Origin: Candidatus Aminicenantes bacterium
GTDB lineage: Bacteria; Acidobacteriota; Aminicenantia; Aminicenantales; Saccharicenantaceae
Direction of reading: 5' to 3'
Length of the DNA: 64,000 bases
NCBI GenBank assembly: GCA_963813235.1
Contig: CAWEYF010000017.1
Coordinates: 30,090-94,089 of the forward strand
The notes under the pieces are model-generated. The model searched no databases. It was not told the origin of the DNA and was given only the letters and a program-made list of their open reading frames with translations. Positions 46,615-56,521 of this stretch are shown here, piece after piece (the stretch's first letter is position 1; every line of letters begins with the position of its first letter). A program made the position numbers and the translations under genes.

Positions 46615-47799
46615 CGGCGCGCCGCCGAGCGCTTCTAGAATCGACAAGGAATACCGCTCGGGCGGGACGGCCCGTTCCTCGAAAGCCGCCCGCAGCGCTC
46701 TCGCTTCCGCCGCGAAGGCGTCGAGGTCCGCCGGGTTCGCCCAGTTCCCGACGCTCAGCCGGTCGGACAGGCCCTTCAGCCCGGCGGAGTCGAAGACGTT
46801 CAGGGTCTCCGAGGGAAGCGCCATCGGCCCGTTCCCGCACAGCGTCGCAGCCCTATGGACGAGGTTGCGGAGGCCCTCCTGGCCGTTGATGAGCTCCTGT
46901 TTGATGAAGAAGCGGTCCCGGGGCGATTCCGTTTCCTCAAGCTTTCCGGCCAGCTTACGGGCCACGTCCACAGCCCGCTCTAAGGCGTCGATGAGCCTCC
47001 CGGCGTCCAGGACGACTTTGTCCCCCTGCTGGTAATAGCTGATCTCCCCGCTCCCCGCGACGGGTTCGATCCTTCGCAGCCGTTCCAAGGCCGACGCCGC
47101 ATCGGCGCGGCCGGAACCCGGCGGAGTCTCTGCAGGAAGGGCGTCATCGACGAGGTTCGTCGTCTCGATGAGATCGGGAATCTCGGGGATCCCGGCCCGC
47201 CAGGCATCCTCCGGCTCCGGTCCGGGGGAGCTCTCCGGCCCGAGACGACCTTCCGCCTCGCCGGCGAGCAGCACCCGGATCCTCTTGAGCTTTTCCAGCT
47301 CGGCGTCGAGGTCGGGCGCGGGTTCCGGCCCGCGCTCCTCTTCCCCGCGGGCATCGGTCACGATCCCGAACCTCTCCTTCAGGTCCTTCTTCAGGAAGGC
47401 CGCGCGATCCAGGGTCTGCCGCCTCAGGGCCTCCAGTTTCCGCTGCAGGTCTCCGACCTTCCCGATCTCCTCGACGGTCCGTTTGACGAGACCCTCGATC
47501 TGGGACTGGAGGTCGAGGGCCCGGGAAAATCCCGCCCGGATCTCCTCCATGACCGCCTGCCTCTCCCCTTCCGTTTCGGAGACCATGGTCTGGAATTCCC
47601 GGAGGGATTCCCGTTCCCGGTCTATCTCCTTCTCCACGCCGTCCATCCGGGCCTTTGCGGCTTCCTGCTCCTCCCTGATCCTCGCGGCCAACTCGGCGTC
47701 AATCTCGTCTTTTTTCCTGGCGAGCAGCTTGTCCAGCTGGGTTTCGATCTCCTGAACGGCGAGGGTGGAATCTTTTTCGGTTTCCCCGGATTCGAACAT
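46588..47799 (-). CDS. coiled-coil hypothetical protein
   Basis: ATG at 47799 follows AAGGAGA. The N-terminal half has an E/R/K-rich heptad-like sequence. The 3' end overlaps the GGDEF gene by 27 nt. Confidence 0.55.
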   Translation of the reverse strand: MFESGETEKDSTLAVQEIETQLDKLLARKKDEIDAELAARIREEQEAAKARMDGVEKEIDRERESLREFQTMVSETEGERQAVMEEIRAGFSRALDLQSQIEGLVKRTVEEIGKVGDLQRKLEALRRQTLDRAAFLKKDLKERFGIVTDARGEEERGPEPAPDLDAELEKLKRIRVLLAGEAEGRLGPESSPGPEPEDAWRAGIPEIPDLIETTNLVDDALPAETPPGSGRADAASALERLRRIEPVAGSGEISYYQQGDKVVLDAGRLIDALERAVDVARKLAGKLEETESPRDRFFIKQELINGQEGLRNLVHRAATLCGNGPMALPSETLNVFDSAGLKGLSDRLSVGNWANPADLDAFAAEARALRAAFEERAVPPERYSLSILEALGGAPSVERPGLP

Positions 47800-47909
47800 T
47801 CGAAGTCTCCTTGGCCTTGCCGGTATGATAAACCCCGCCGTTCGGACTGTCAAGGCCCGAGTGAATCTCCTTGAATCCCCAGGACGATCTAATGTATAAG
47901 TGAGCACAT

Positions 47910-49019
47910 ATGGAAGCGCCCGTGATCAAGCCCCGGATCCTCCTCGTCAGCGAGAACGAAGGGAATTCGCGGAGACTGGCCTCTTTCCTGGCCGGACTGG
48001 AGCTGGATGTCGAAAGGACATCCGTCCTTCCCGATCCCTCCGGTCTGGCCCGGGCACCGGTCCGGGCCTCACTGATCGTCGTCGACGCGACGGAACCGGC
48101 AAAGGGGCTGGCGGAACGGCTCCGGACGATCGGGGCCGCCGATCCGCGTCCCGCCGTCATCGTCCTTTCGGCCGCCTCCAGGTCTCGGGGCCTGCTCTCG
48201 CTCGTCCGGGAGGGCGTCATCGACCAGGTCGCAAGCCCCCGCGACGACGTAGCGGTCTATTCGGCCGTCCATTGCAGCCTGACCGTGGTCCGGCTGGCCG
48301 CCGAGAACGAAGCCTGCCGGAAGAATCTGGCGAAATCGAGGATCGAAAGGACCCGGAACTTCCGCCGGGCGCTCGAACTCGAGGAGATCTATGACACGAC
48401 CCTCGAGAACCTGATGACCGCCCTCGACCTCAGGGACGTGGAGACGTTCGGTCACTCCCAGACGGTCGCCAAGTACAGCCAGGTCCTTGCCGGGCTCCTG
48501 GGAATCCGGGACGAAAAGGTCCTGGACAACATCCGGAAGGGAGCCCTCCTCCACGACGTGGGGAAGATCGCCATCCCGGACTCCATCCTGAAGAAGCCGG
48601 GCCTGCTCTCGGACCAGGAATGGGCGAAGGTCCGGCTCCATCCCGCGCTCGGCTACGGCCTCGTCAAGGAGATCAAGCTTGTCAAGGAGGCCGGGAACAT
48701 CATCCTCTACCATCACGAGAGATACGACGGGACGGGCTACCCCGAAGGGCTGCGCAAGGAGGAGATCCCGCTCGAAGCCCGGATCTTCGCCCTGGCCGAC
48801 GCCCTGGACGCCATCACGTCCCACCGCCCCTACCGGCGGGAGCGCGACTTCGTCGCGGCCCGGGAGGAGATCCGGAGCCACGAGGGGACGCAGTTCGATC
48901 CCCGGATCGTCGAGGCCTTCGAAAGACTGCCCCTCGCGCGGTGGGAGAGGATCCGTTTCGAGACGACGCGTCTCCTCCCCTCCGTCATCGACTACCACAA
49001 GCTGGCCTCCCGGACGTAG
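47910..49019 (+). CDS. HD-GYP domain c-di-GMP phosphodiesterase with receiver-like N-terminus
   Basis: HDVGKIAIPD...HHERYDGTGYPEGL motifs. Confidence 0.85.
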   Translation: MEAPVIKPRILLVSENEGNSRRLASFLAGLELDVERTSVLPDPSGLARAPVRASLIVVDATEPAKGLAERLRTIGAADPRPAVIVLSAASRSRGLLSLVREGVIDQVASPRDDVAVYSAVHCSLTVVRLAAENEACRKNLAKSRIERTRNFRRALELEEIYDTTLENLMTALDLRDVETFGHSQTVAKYSQVLAGLLGIRDEKVLDNIRKGALLHDVGKIAIPDSILKKPGLLSDQEWAKVRLHPALGYGLVKEIKLVKEAGNIILYHHERYDGTGYPEGLRKEEIPLEARIFALADALDAITSHRPYRRERDFVAAREEIRSHEGTQFDPRIVEAFERLPLARWERIRFETTRLLPSVIDYHKLASRT

Positions 49020-49881
49020 CCGTGTCCGGCGCCCTCGCGGCCTTGCGGGCGGCGATGACCCGCGGGATCCCCGCGAGGTCGGGCGCGACCTCCGCCGCAT
49101 CCCATCCCGCCCCGAACATCGCCCGGACCGTCTCTTCCTGACCGGCGCCGATCTCCAGGACGAGACGGCCGCCCGGCTTCAGGAAACGCCGCGCCGCGCG
49201 AACGAGCTTCTCCGTGAACTCCGTGCCCCGGACGCCTCCGACGAGGGCCCGACGGGGTTCGTGGTCCCGGACGTCGGCGGTCAGCCGGGCCCATTCCTCG
49301 CGGCCGACGTAGGGCGGGTTGGAGACGATGAGGTCGAATAGGGGCCGGGGCCGCCCGAACGCCGAAAAGAGGTCGCTGCGGACGAAGCGGATGCCGGGAC
49401 ACCCGTTAAGGGCCGCATTCGCCGCGGCGATCCTGAGCGCCCGGACGGAGATGTCCGCGGCCGTAACGCGAGCCCTCGGGAGTTCCCGGGCCAGGGCGAC
49501 GGCGACGTTCCCGCTCCCCGTCCCCAGGTCCAGGATAGAGATCCCTTGCCCCGCCGCGAGGCCGACCGCTTTTTCGACGAGGATCTCGGTCTCAGGCCGC
49601 GGGATGAGGACGCCGGGGCCCACCCGGAACTCGAGCGACCAAAATTCCTTCCGGCCCGTGAGATAGGCGAGGGGAACGCCCGCCGAGCGGCGGCGGACGA
49701 GCCGGAGGAAGCTCTCCGCATCCCTGGCGGAAGGCCGGGTTTCGGGGTGGGCGTAGAAAGTCTCTGCGGTGGCGCGGACGGCGTGAAGGAGAAGGACCCG
49801 GGCATCGAATTCCGGAAGCGGGACGCTTTTGAGCCCGCGGATTCCCCGAAGGTAGAGGGCGCGCAGGGACTCAGGCTTCAA
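48985..49881 (-). CDS. prmC: release-factor glutamine methyltransferase
   Basis: DLGTGSG SAM motif and IVSNPPY, immediately downstream of prfA (11-nt overlap). Confidence 0.85.
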   Translation of the reverse strand: MKPESLRALYLRGIRGLKSVPLPEFDARVLLLHAVRATAETFYAHPETRPSARDAESFLRLVRRRSAGVPLAYLTGRKEFWSLEFRVGPGVLIPRPETEILVEKAVGLAAGQGISILDLGTGSGNVAVALARELPRARVTAADISVRALRIAAANAALNGCPGIRFVRSDLFSAFGRPRPLFDLIVSNPPYVGREEWARLTADVRDHEPRRALVGGVRGTEFTEKLVRAARRFLKPGGRLVLEIGAGQEETVRAMFGAGWDAAEVAPDLAGIPRVIAARKAARAPDTATSGRPACGSR

Positions 49882-50974
49882 GGTCGTCGGATGGCTCCCT
49901 GCCCGGGCCCTCCTCCCCGCGGCCCGGGGTCTGAGAACGGAGGGTCAGGGCTTCGATGAGGGCGTCCAGGTCCCCGTCGAGGATCGCTTCCATCCGATGG
50001 AAGCTCTCGTTGAGGCGGTGGTCGGTGATGCGGGACTGCGGAAAATTATAGGTCCGGATCTTCTCGCTCCGGTCCCCGGTGCCGACCTTGGACCGCCGGT
50101 CTTTGGCGATCCTCTTCTGCTGCTCGCTCTGGGCGGCGTCCATCAGCCGGGAACGGAGGATCTTCATGGCCTTTTCCTTGTTCCGGTGCTGGGATTTCTC
50201 GTCCTGACAGGAGACGACCAGCCCCGACGGCTTGTGGGTGACGCGGATGGCCGTGTAGTTCCGGTTGACGTTCTGTCCCCCCGGCCCGGAGGCCCCGAAC
50301 GCCTCGATCTTCAGGTCCTTGGGGTCGATCCGGACGTCGATCTCGTCGGCCTCGGGGAGGACGGCGACCGTGGCCGTAGACGTGTGGATCCGGCCGCCGG
50401 CCTCGGTCTTCGGAACGCGCTGGACGCGGTGGACGCCGCTTTCATGCTTCAGGGACGCATAGACGCGGCGCCCGCGGACGTTGGCGACGGCCTCCTTGAT
50501 CCCGCCGACGGGCGACGGGCTGACATCCAGGACCTCGAACTTCCAGCCCTTGCTCTCGGCGTGGCGGGAATACATCCGGAACAGGTCCTGGGCGAAGAGC
50601 GAGGCTTCGTCCCCGCCGGCCCCCGCCCGGACCTCGAGGATGACATCCTTCGCGTCGAAGGGGTCTTTGGGAAGGATCAGGATCCTGAGCTCGGCTTCGA
50701 GGGCCTTCTCCCGCTTCTCGAGGGCGGCGACTTCCCCTTCGGCCAACGCCTTCAATTCGGGGTCGGCGGCCGGGTCGGCCAGGATCTTCCGGGATTCTTC
50801 CTTGTCCCGCCCGACCCGCCTGTATTCCTCGTACCTGCGGACGGCCGGCTCGAGCTCGGCCCGCTCCTTGGAGATCTCCCTGATCTTCTGGGGGTTGGTA
50901 AGGCAGGCCGGGTCGGAGAGGGAGAGCGTGAGTTGGCGGTATCTATCCTCGAGTCTCTTCAGTTCCCGGAACAT
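49871..50974 (-). CDS. prfA: peptide chain release factor 1
   Basis: RVPKTE (PxT) and SGPGGQNVN (GGQ) motifs. ATG at 50974; the longer ORF to 51154 overlaps rpmE. Confidence 0.92.
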   Translation of the reverse strand: MFRELKRLEDRYRQLTLSLSDPACLTNPQKIREISKERAELEPAVRRYEEYRRVGRDKEESRKILADPAADPELKALAEGEVAALEKREKALEAELRILILPKDPFDAKDVILEVRAGAGGDEASLFAQDLFRMYSRHAESKGWKFEVLDVSPSPVGGIKEAVANVRGRRVYASLKHESGVHRVQRVPKTEAGGRIHTSTATVAVLPEADEIDVRIDPKDLKIEAFGASGPGGQNVNRNYTAIRVTHKPSGLVVSCQDEKSQHRNKEKAMKILRSRLMDAAQSEQQKRIAKDRRSKVGTGDRSEKIRTYNFPQSRITDHRLNESFHRMEAILDGDLDALIEALTLRSQTPGRGEEGPGREPSDDLEA

Positions 50975-50979
50975 AGGTG

Positions 50980-51186
50980 TTATTTCTTTGCATCGCCGTA
51001 TTTCTTCCGGAACTTCTCGATCCGCCCGGCGCTGTCCAGGAACTTCTGCTTGCCCGTAAAGAACGGGTGGCACTGGGAGCAGATCTCCACGCGGATCTCG
51101 GACTTGGTGGACCGTGTCTTGAAATGGGTCCCGCAGGCGCAGGTCACGAGACACTCCTGGTATTCCGGATGGACATCTTTCTTCAT
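50980..51186 (-). CDS. rpmE: 50S ribosomal protein L31
   Basis: MKKDVHPEY...CACG...[13 protein letters not shown]. Confidence 0.92.
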   Translation of the reverse strand: MKKDVHPEYQECLVTCACGTHFKTRSTKSEIRVEICSQCHPFFTGKQKFLDSAGRIEKFRKKYGDAKK

Positions 51187-51213
51187 GGATTCATCTCCTC
51201 GTCGAATCCGGCA

Positions 51214-52098
51214 TTATAGCAGATTCCCGCCGGGACCGCAAAGCGCCGGGATCTCTTCGGCCTTCTTCAGAAAGCCTTCCCGGTCCACGACGAACTCCAG
51301 GCCCTTCTGGGCGGCCTTGATCCGGTCACGGTAGTCCCGTGACTCGAAATATTCCTTAAGGGCCCTGTTCAGGGGGTAGACCTGCTCCTCGGACCGCCAC
51401 TCGTAAACGGTACCGTCCTTTCGCCTGAGGCAGTTGAGGTGGACGATCCAGGCCAGTTGCTTGAACGGCATGTGGCTGAAGGCCTTGCGGATGGCGGCGA
51501 CCTCGCCCTCCTTCTCGGGGTTCAGGAACCGGAAATACCTCGAGAACAGGAGGGCGTTGTGAAAGAAGGCCGGGAAGGCCAGGAGGCAGTCCTTACGGGT
51601 CAGTCGGGCGAGGTAAACGAAAGTATCCATGATCTTCTTGGACACGCTGAGCCCCGGGTGGATTTGGCCCGGCAGCGGGGAATGCTTTTCCGTGAACATC
51701 TCGAGGGGGTTCTGGAGCGTCAGCCACTCCAGGACGAGGCTCTTGGGCGACAGGACGGCGTTGAGCCCGCCGAGCCGGACCTTGAGGGGGTACTCCGCCT
51801 CCCGGATCTTGAGGTCGACGATCAGGTTCTCCGGGCTCTTGTCCTTGTAGAAGATCTGCAGCCTCTGGAGGGGATATTCCCTGGAATCCAGCTCGTAATC
51901 CAAGGGCCAGAGCTTCCTCTTGTGGGCCTCCCTGAGGAAGTTCCTCTTCTTCATGACCGCCAGGACCTCATTCAGGGAGTAGCGACCGAGGAACAGGAAA
52001 CTGCCCTTGCGATCGGCCAGCGTTGCGAAGATCTCCCCTTCCTCGACTAGGGGGACGTCCTTGCCGAATGGCCTCACCTTGGGGCCGAAGAGCTTCAT
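51214..52098 (-). CDS. conserved-looking hypothetical protein
   Basis: 294-aa ORF with coding-like composition. No domain was recognised. Confidence 0.55.
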   Translation of the reverse strand: MKLFGPKVRPFGKDVPLVEEGEIFATLADRKGSFLFLGRYSLNEVLAVMKKRNFLREAHKRKLWPLDYELDSREYPLQRLQIFYKDKSPENLIVDLKIREAEYPLKVRLGGLNAVLSPKSLVLEWLTLQNPLEMFTEKHSPLPGQIHPGLSVSKKIMDTFVYLARLTRKDCLLAFPAFFHNALLFSRYFRFLNPEKEGEVAAIRKAFSHMPFKQLAWIVHLNCLRRKDGTVYEWRSEEQVYPLNRALKEYFESRDYRDRIKAAQKGLEFVVDREGFLKKAEEIPALCGPGGNLL

Positions 52099-52146
52099 AG
52101 AGGGATTCTATTCGATTTGCCGGGAACTGGCAAGACGGACCGGCCG

Positions 52147-52734
52147 TCAGGGCCGGAGGGGCGGGGGGCCGGGCTCGGCGGAGAGAGGGGCCTGGACGAA
52201 GAAGGAGAGGATGTCGTCCCCGAGGGCGACCGTTCGTCGGAGGAGGAAGCCCTCCGAGTTGGGGCGGACCTTGAAATAATGGCGCAGGATGAGCATCCCC
52301 CCCTCACGAAGGATGCCCCGCTTCCGGACGACCTTGAGGGGATTGCGGGTTTCCATAAGCTTGTAGGGCGGGTCGAGGCAGATGATGTCGAACAGGACCT
52401 CGGACTTGGAAAGCTCGATGACGGCCCTGTTGAACTCCTTCTCGACGATGAGGGCCCGGTCGTCGGCCCCGCACCTGGCGACGTTGGCCGCGACGACCTT
52501 CGCGGCGGCCCGGAGCTCTTCGACGAAAACAACGCGCTCGGCGCCCCGGCTCAAGGCCTCGATCCCCACGGAACCCGTCCCGGCGAACCCGTCCAGGAAC
52601 CAGCTCCCCGGGACGTCGTCCCGAATGATGTTGAACAATGCGCCCTTGACCTTGTCCTGCATGGGCCGGACGAGCGGGCTCCGGATGAACTTCAGCCGCC
52701 TCCCCTTGAACTCTCCGCCGATGACTCGGATCAT
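52147..52734 (-). CDS. rsmD: 16S rRNA (guanine966-N2)-methyltransferase
   Basis: MIRVIGGEFKGRRL...DGFAGTGSVGIEALSRGA...LDPPY. ATG at 52734. Confidence 0.8.
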   Translation of the reverse strand: MIRVIGGEFKGRRLKFIRSPLVRPMQDKVKGALFNIIRDDVPGSWFLDGFAGTGSVGIEALSRGAERVVFVEELRAAAKVVAANVARCGADDRALIVEKEFNRAVIELSKSEVLFDIICLDPPYKLMETRNPLKVVRKRGILREGGMLILRHYFKVRPNSEGFLLRRTVALGDDILSFFVQAPLSAEPGPPPLRP

Positions 52735-52747
52735 TTGAGGCTCCCTC

Positions 52748-53362
52748 CTAGTAGACCACGACGAGCCTGCCCGACCCCGTCTCCAGGCCGGAGATGCCGT
52801 ACGGGAGCTCGTACCAATCGTCGAGCCGGACGGGCTCCGTCCCCTCGAGCTCTGAAACCGTGGAAATGACCAGATCCAGGAGGGCCGTCTCGATCCGCTG
52901 CTGTTCGAGGTAGAGGCTCTCGAAGCGCACACGGGCCATCCCGGGCCGCGTCTCGACGACGCCGGCAAAGGTGATGTTCATCATCGGCTTGATGAAGGCG
53001 GGGAGCTTGCGGTCCCGCAGGTCGATGACGGCCAGCCCTTCGATCCTGTTCCCCGGGAAGAGCTTCAGCCGGAGGTCCTTCAGGATGTCCTCTTTCTCCG
53101 TCTCGATGCGGTAGGCGATGTAGGCGTTCAGCTCGCGTTCCCTTACCGCGATCGAGCGAGGTCGGCCGGAGGGCGCCGCGCCGCTCTCCGTTCGGATCCT
53201 TTCTATGGCCTGGAGGACTTTCATGGCGTCGGCGCGCGCCTCGGGCGTGAGCTCGGAGCGGAAACCGGACCCGCCGGCCTGAAGGGCCGCCAGGACGCCT
53301 GCGACGAGGGCCGCGATCCGCAGGATACGCATCTTATTATTTTTCGAAGCTCCCGCCCCCAT
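52748..53362 (-). CDS. secreted hypothetical protein
   Basis: Signal-like MRILRIAALVAGVLAALQA. The start is either 53362 (GAGGGG upstream) or 53332. Confidence 0.5.
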   Translation of the reverse strand: MGAGASKNNKMRILRIAALVAGVLAALQAGGSGFRSELTPEARADAMKVLQAIERIRTESGAAPSGRPRSIAVRERELNAYIAYRIETEKEDILKDLRLKLFPGNRIEGLAVIDLRDRKLPAFIKPMMNITFAGVVETRPGMARVRFESLYLEQQRIETALLDLVISTVSELEGTEPVRLDDWYELPYGISGLETGSGRLVVVY

Positions 53363-53462
53363 GCTAGCAAATTACCCCTCTCAAGTAAAACCGCGGACGG
53401 CTTCCGGGGACGAAGCTCCGCCATCGAGGTTTTTTCGGGATCGGCGGGCGATTCGGGACGGT

Positions 53463-54310
53463 TCAGTAGTGCGTCAGCGTCCCGTCCCTCTTCGCCTTGC
53501 GGAGGGCGAGCCGGAAGGTCCAGAAACCGAGCGGAAGGAGGACCGCCGCGAACACGGCAAGGGCGGCGATGCTCGGCAGGACCCGGGCGAACGTCGCGGA
53601 GGAGAGAAGGCTCAGGCGAAGGCCTTCGAGCGCGTGGGTGACCGGGAGAAAAAGGACACCCCTCGAAGCCAGAGGGGGAGGACGGCCACGGGGAACAGCA
53701 TCCCCCCCAAGAGCCCCGAGATGCTTCCGAAGAGCCAGGAGATGGGATTCCCGAGCTTATAGATGAGAAGGAAAGCGGCCGATAGCATGCCCAGGCTCAA
53801 AAAGCAGGCGGCGGTCAGAAAAAGGACGATCAGGAAGGCGGGGATATTGACGTGTCCCAACCTCATGCCGAAGACCGCCATGGCCAGGGCCAGCTGGACG
53901 GCTGTCCTGAGCAGAGCGAACACGAGCGGGTAAAGGGAGGACCCGAAGAGGACGACGGACATCGGGGTCAGGGTCACGATCAAGGCTTCCAGCGTCCCGG
54001 AGACCTGGGCGCTCCGGACGACCTGGGGCAATCCTTCCTGGAAAACCCCCAGGGGGCCGGAGAAGGCGATGCCGATCAGGGCGAACGAAAAATAGTTCCC
54101 GCCGTAGGCCGCGAGGGAGGCGGTGCCCGGGGCGATCAGCCGGGAGATGAAATAGAACGTCGCCGAGGAAAGCAGGACCCCGACGACCGAGAAGATGAAG
54201 GAGAGCTTGTAGCTGGCGGCGTCGAGGATGTCGCGCCGTAGGAACGCCCCCAGCTTTTGGAATAAACCCGGGCGCTTCGCGGCGGGACGGATCCCCCAGG
54301 GAAGGTTCAT
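53463..54310 (-). pseudogene. ABC-2 type transporter permease, one frameshift at a T/A homopolymer (about 53650)
   Basis: ORF 53612..54310 ends ...VLPLWLRGVSFF. In the adjacent frame the sequence continues FLPVTHALEGLRLSLL...RKAKRDGTLTHY*, the family-typical C-terminus. Confidence 0.75.
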
Positions 54311-55134
54311 AGGCTCCCCCGTTCGTCCGGGACGGGCTCTCCGGTCTCGACCGCGCCGTCATAGACCTCCTGAAGAGAGATCCTGCCGTCCTTCGTCAGA
54401 TCGGCCGTCCGGCCGGAGGCCCGGATGCGCCCCTTGTCGATGATGGCCAGGTCGTCGGCCACCTCGGCGGCCTCCGCGAGGTTGTGCGTGGCCCAGAAGA
54501 CCGTGCGTCCCTGCCGCCCGACGAGTTCGCCCCGGATGAACGCGCGGATCTTCCGGGCGAATCCCGGATCGAGGCTCCGGGTGGGCTCGTCTACGAGGAG
54601 GATCCTGGCGTCGGTCAGGAGGGCTCGGGCGAAGGCCAGCATCTGCCGCTTGCCCGTGGAATAGGTGTTGTAACGCATGTCCGCGACGTCGTCGAGGCCG
54701 GCTAGGCCTAGGATCTCGTCGACGCGCCGACGGGATTCGGCGGCCGGGATGTCGCTCAGGACGGCGAAGAACCTGAGGTTCTGCCGGCCGGTCAGCCGCC
54801 AATAGAAGCTCCGCTCGTCGCCGACGGCCAGGTCGATCGCCCCCTTGACCCTGCCGGGGTCGCGTTCCACGTCGAACCCGCCGACGCGGGCCTGCCCCCC
54901 GTCGGGAAGCACGAGGGTCGCGAGGATCTTGATCAGGGTCGTCTTGCCCGCCCCGTTCGGGCCGAGGAGACATTGGCACCGGCCGGCACCCACCTCGAGG
55001 TCGACCCCGTCGAGGGCCGTGACGAATCTCCTCCGGAACGGGTGCGCGACAAGTTCCCGGTATCCCCGGACCAGCGGGTACTTCTTAATGAGCCCCCGGA
55101 CGGAGACGGCCGGGACGCCGGCGGTTCCGGTCAT
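54307..55134 (-). CDS. ABC transporter ATP-binding protein
   Basis: Walker A GPNGAGKTT, signature YSTGKRQ, Walker B ILLVDEPT. Its stop overlaps the permease start. Confidence 0.88.
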   Translation of the reverse strand: MTGTAGVPAVSVRGLIKKYPLVRGYRELVAHPFRRRFVTALDGVDLEVGAGRCQCLLGPNGAGKTTLIKILATLVLPDGGQARVGGFDVERDPGRVKGAIDLAVGDERSFYWRLTGRQNLRFFAVLSDIPAAESRRRVDEILGLAGLDDVADMRYNTYSTGKRQMLAFARALLTDARILLVDEPTRSLDPGFARKIRAFIRGELVGRQGRTVFWATHNLAEAAEVADDLAIIDKGRIRASGRTADLTKDGRISLQEVYDGAVETGEPVPDERGSL

Positions 55135-55600
55135 GCGGCGCCCTCCCTTCTTTTGAGAAGCCGAATAAACGGCGTGCCGAGCCGTCGGGCATATTGGAGC
55201 CAGGCTTTCGCGGACCAGGGGACGACATTATAGGAATCGGCGATCCAGTCCATGGGGGGGGGGGGAAAAGGACCCTCAGCAGGGTCCCGGCGGCCAGAAG
55301 AGGCTTTTTCCGGGAGAGAAGAGAGAAGAAGGTCGGTGCATAATAGGGCATAGAAACCCGACCGGCCCGGCGGATGACCCTGCCGGGCGCCCAGAACGCG
55401 GACAGGAGCATGGATTCGAACGGCCCCATGGGGAACTCCGTAACGACCCGCTTCGGGATCGTTCCGGGCCAGAGAGCGTTCACGAGCTCGAAGCTGTGAC
55501 GGGGGACAGCGCCGATCCCCTCCCGCCGCGCGATCCATACGACCTTATCCCGATCGATCTCCGCCCGCGAGCCGAGCCCGGCAATGTCCGTGAGCCACAT
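55131..55600 (-). pseudogene. remnant of an uncharacterised nucleotidyltransferase-like gene (tentative), interrupted at a C12 tract
   Basis: The frame opens only after the stop of the upstream gene, so no full-length N-terminus exists. The reading switches frame at the homopolymer 55254-55265. The tail MDWIADSYNVVPW...LLKRREGAA* overlaps the ABC ATPase start. Confidence 0.4.
55254..55265. repeat. G12/C12 homopolymer tract
   Basis: 12 consecutive G on the + strand, located inside or at the start of coding sequence on the minus strand. Confidence 0.95.
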
Positions 55601-55690
55601 CAGGCGGGCGTAAGAGTGCTGTTGGGCATGCAGGCACAGATAGCACAGCTCGTCGCGGAAAGGGCCAGGGAAGCCTAGAGAATCGCGCGG

Positions 55691-56473
55691 TCAGTTCTTG
55701 ATCTGGCTGGCGGGTTGCTCTTTCTCGCTAGGCGTCAGGGCGGCACTGCCGGCGATCACGGCGGCGATGCCGAGCGGCGCAAGGAAGAATGGGGGGATGC
55801 CCCGTTTGCAGACTATGTAAACGATATCGCCGGGAACGCAGGTCTTTTTGAGCGGGATATCGACCGTCTCTCCGACCATGGCTTTCCTGACCGAAGCGCC
55901 CTGGACCGTCAGGCCCTTGGCATCCTGGTAAAAATCTGTGGACGCACCCTTGACATGGATCCTGTCGCCGGCCTGCAGGAGGCCCCTCTCGATGAAGACC
56001 GCCGCCCGGCCGCTGCCCGACTTGAACTCAGAGACGATCCCGATCCGCGCTTCGCCCTTTTCCTGCTGATCCTTATTGACCGGTTTGACGGCTTCCTGGA
56101 CGTCCTTCTCGTAGGGGTTCAGCGCGATGGCGATCTTCGCCGTTTCGTTGGCGGCGACCCCGACCAGGTCGGTAGAGTTGTAGCTGCCGTCCGGAGACAT
56201 GACTCCGAGGGCATAGAGGCCGGTTTCGAGCCCCTGGAATTTGAATACTCCCAAACCGTCCGAGGCGGCGCTTTCGTAGACTTTACCCGACGAGATGTTC
56301 TTGACCATGACAACGGCGCCCGGGAGGGGCGTCGTCCCGTCCTGGCCGTAGACGAACCCAAGAAGGTTGCCCTTAACGGGGACTTGCCCCTTCAGGACAT
56401 GCGGCGAAAGAAAGATAAGCACCGCCGCGACAAGCCCCAAAGAGACTACTTTACCCTTCGTACTTCTGCCCAT
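55691..56473 (-). CDS. secreted protein with carboxypeptidase-regulatory-like N-terminal domain (tentative)
   Basis: Signal peptide, then GFVYGQDGTPLPGAVVMVKN...GLGVFKFQGLETGLY, which is typical of CarboxypepD_reg-like beta-sandwiches. C-terminal TM segment. Confidence 0.55.
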   Translation of the reverse strand: MGRSTKGKVVSLGLVAAVLIFLSPHVLKGQVPVKGNLLGFVYGQDGTTPLPGAVVMVKNISSGKVYESAASDGLGVFKFQGLETGLYALGVMSPDGSYNSTDLVGVAANETAKIAIALNPYEKDVQEAVKPVNKDQQEKGEARIGIVSEFKSGSGRAAVFIERGLLQAGDRIHVKGASTDFYQDAKGLTVQGASVRKAMVGETVDIPLKKTCVPGDIVYIVCKRGIPPFFLAPLGIAAVIAGSAALTPSEKEQPASQIKN

Positions 56474-56521
56474 AAAATCCTCCTAAAGAAAGCCCTATGA
56501 AATCATAAGTTATTCAAAGAT

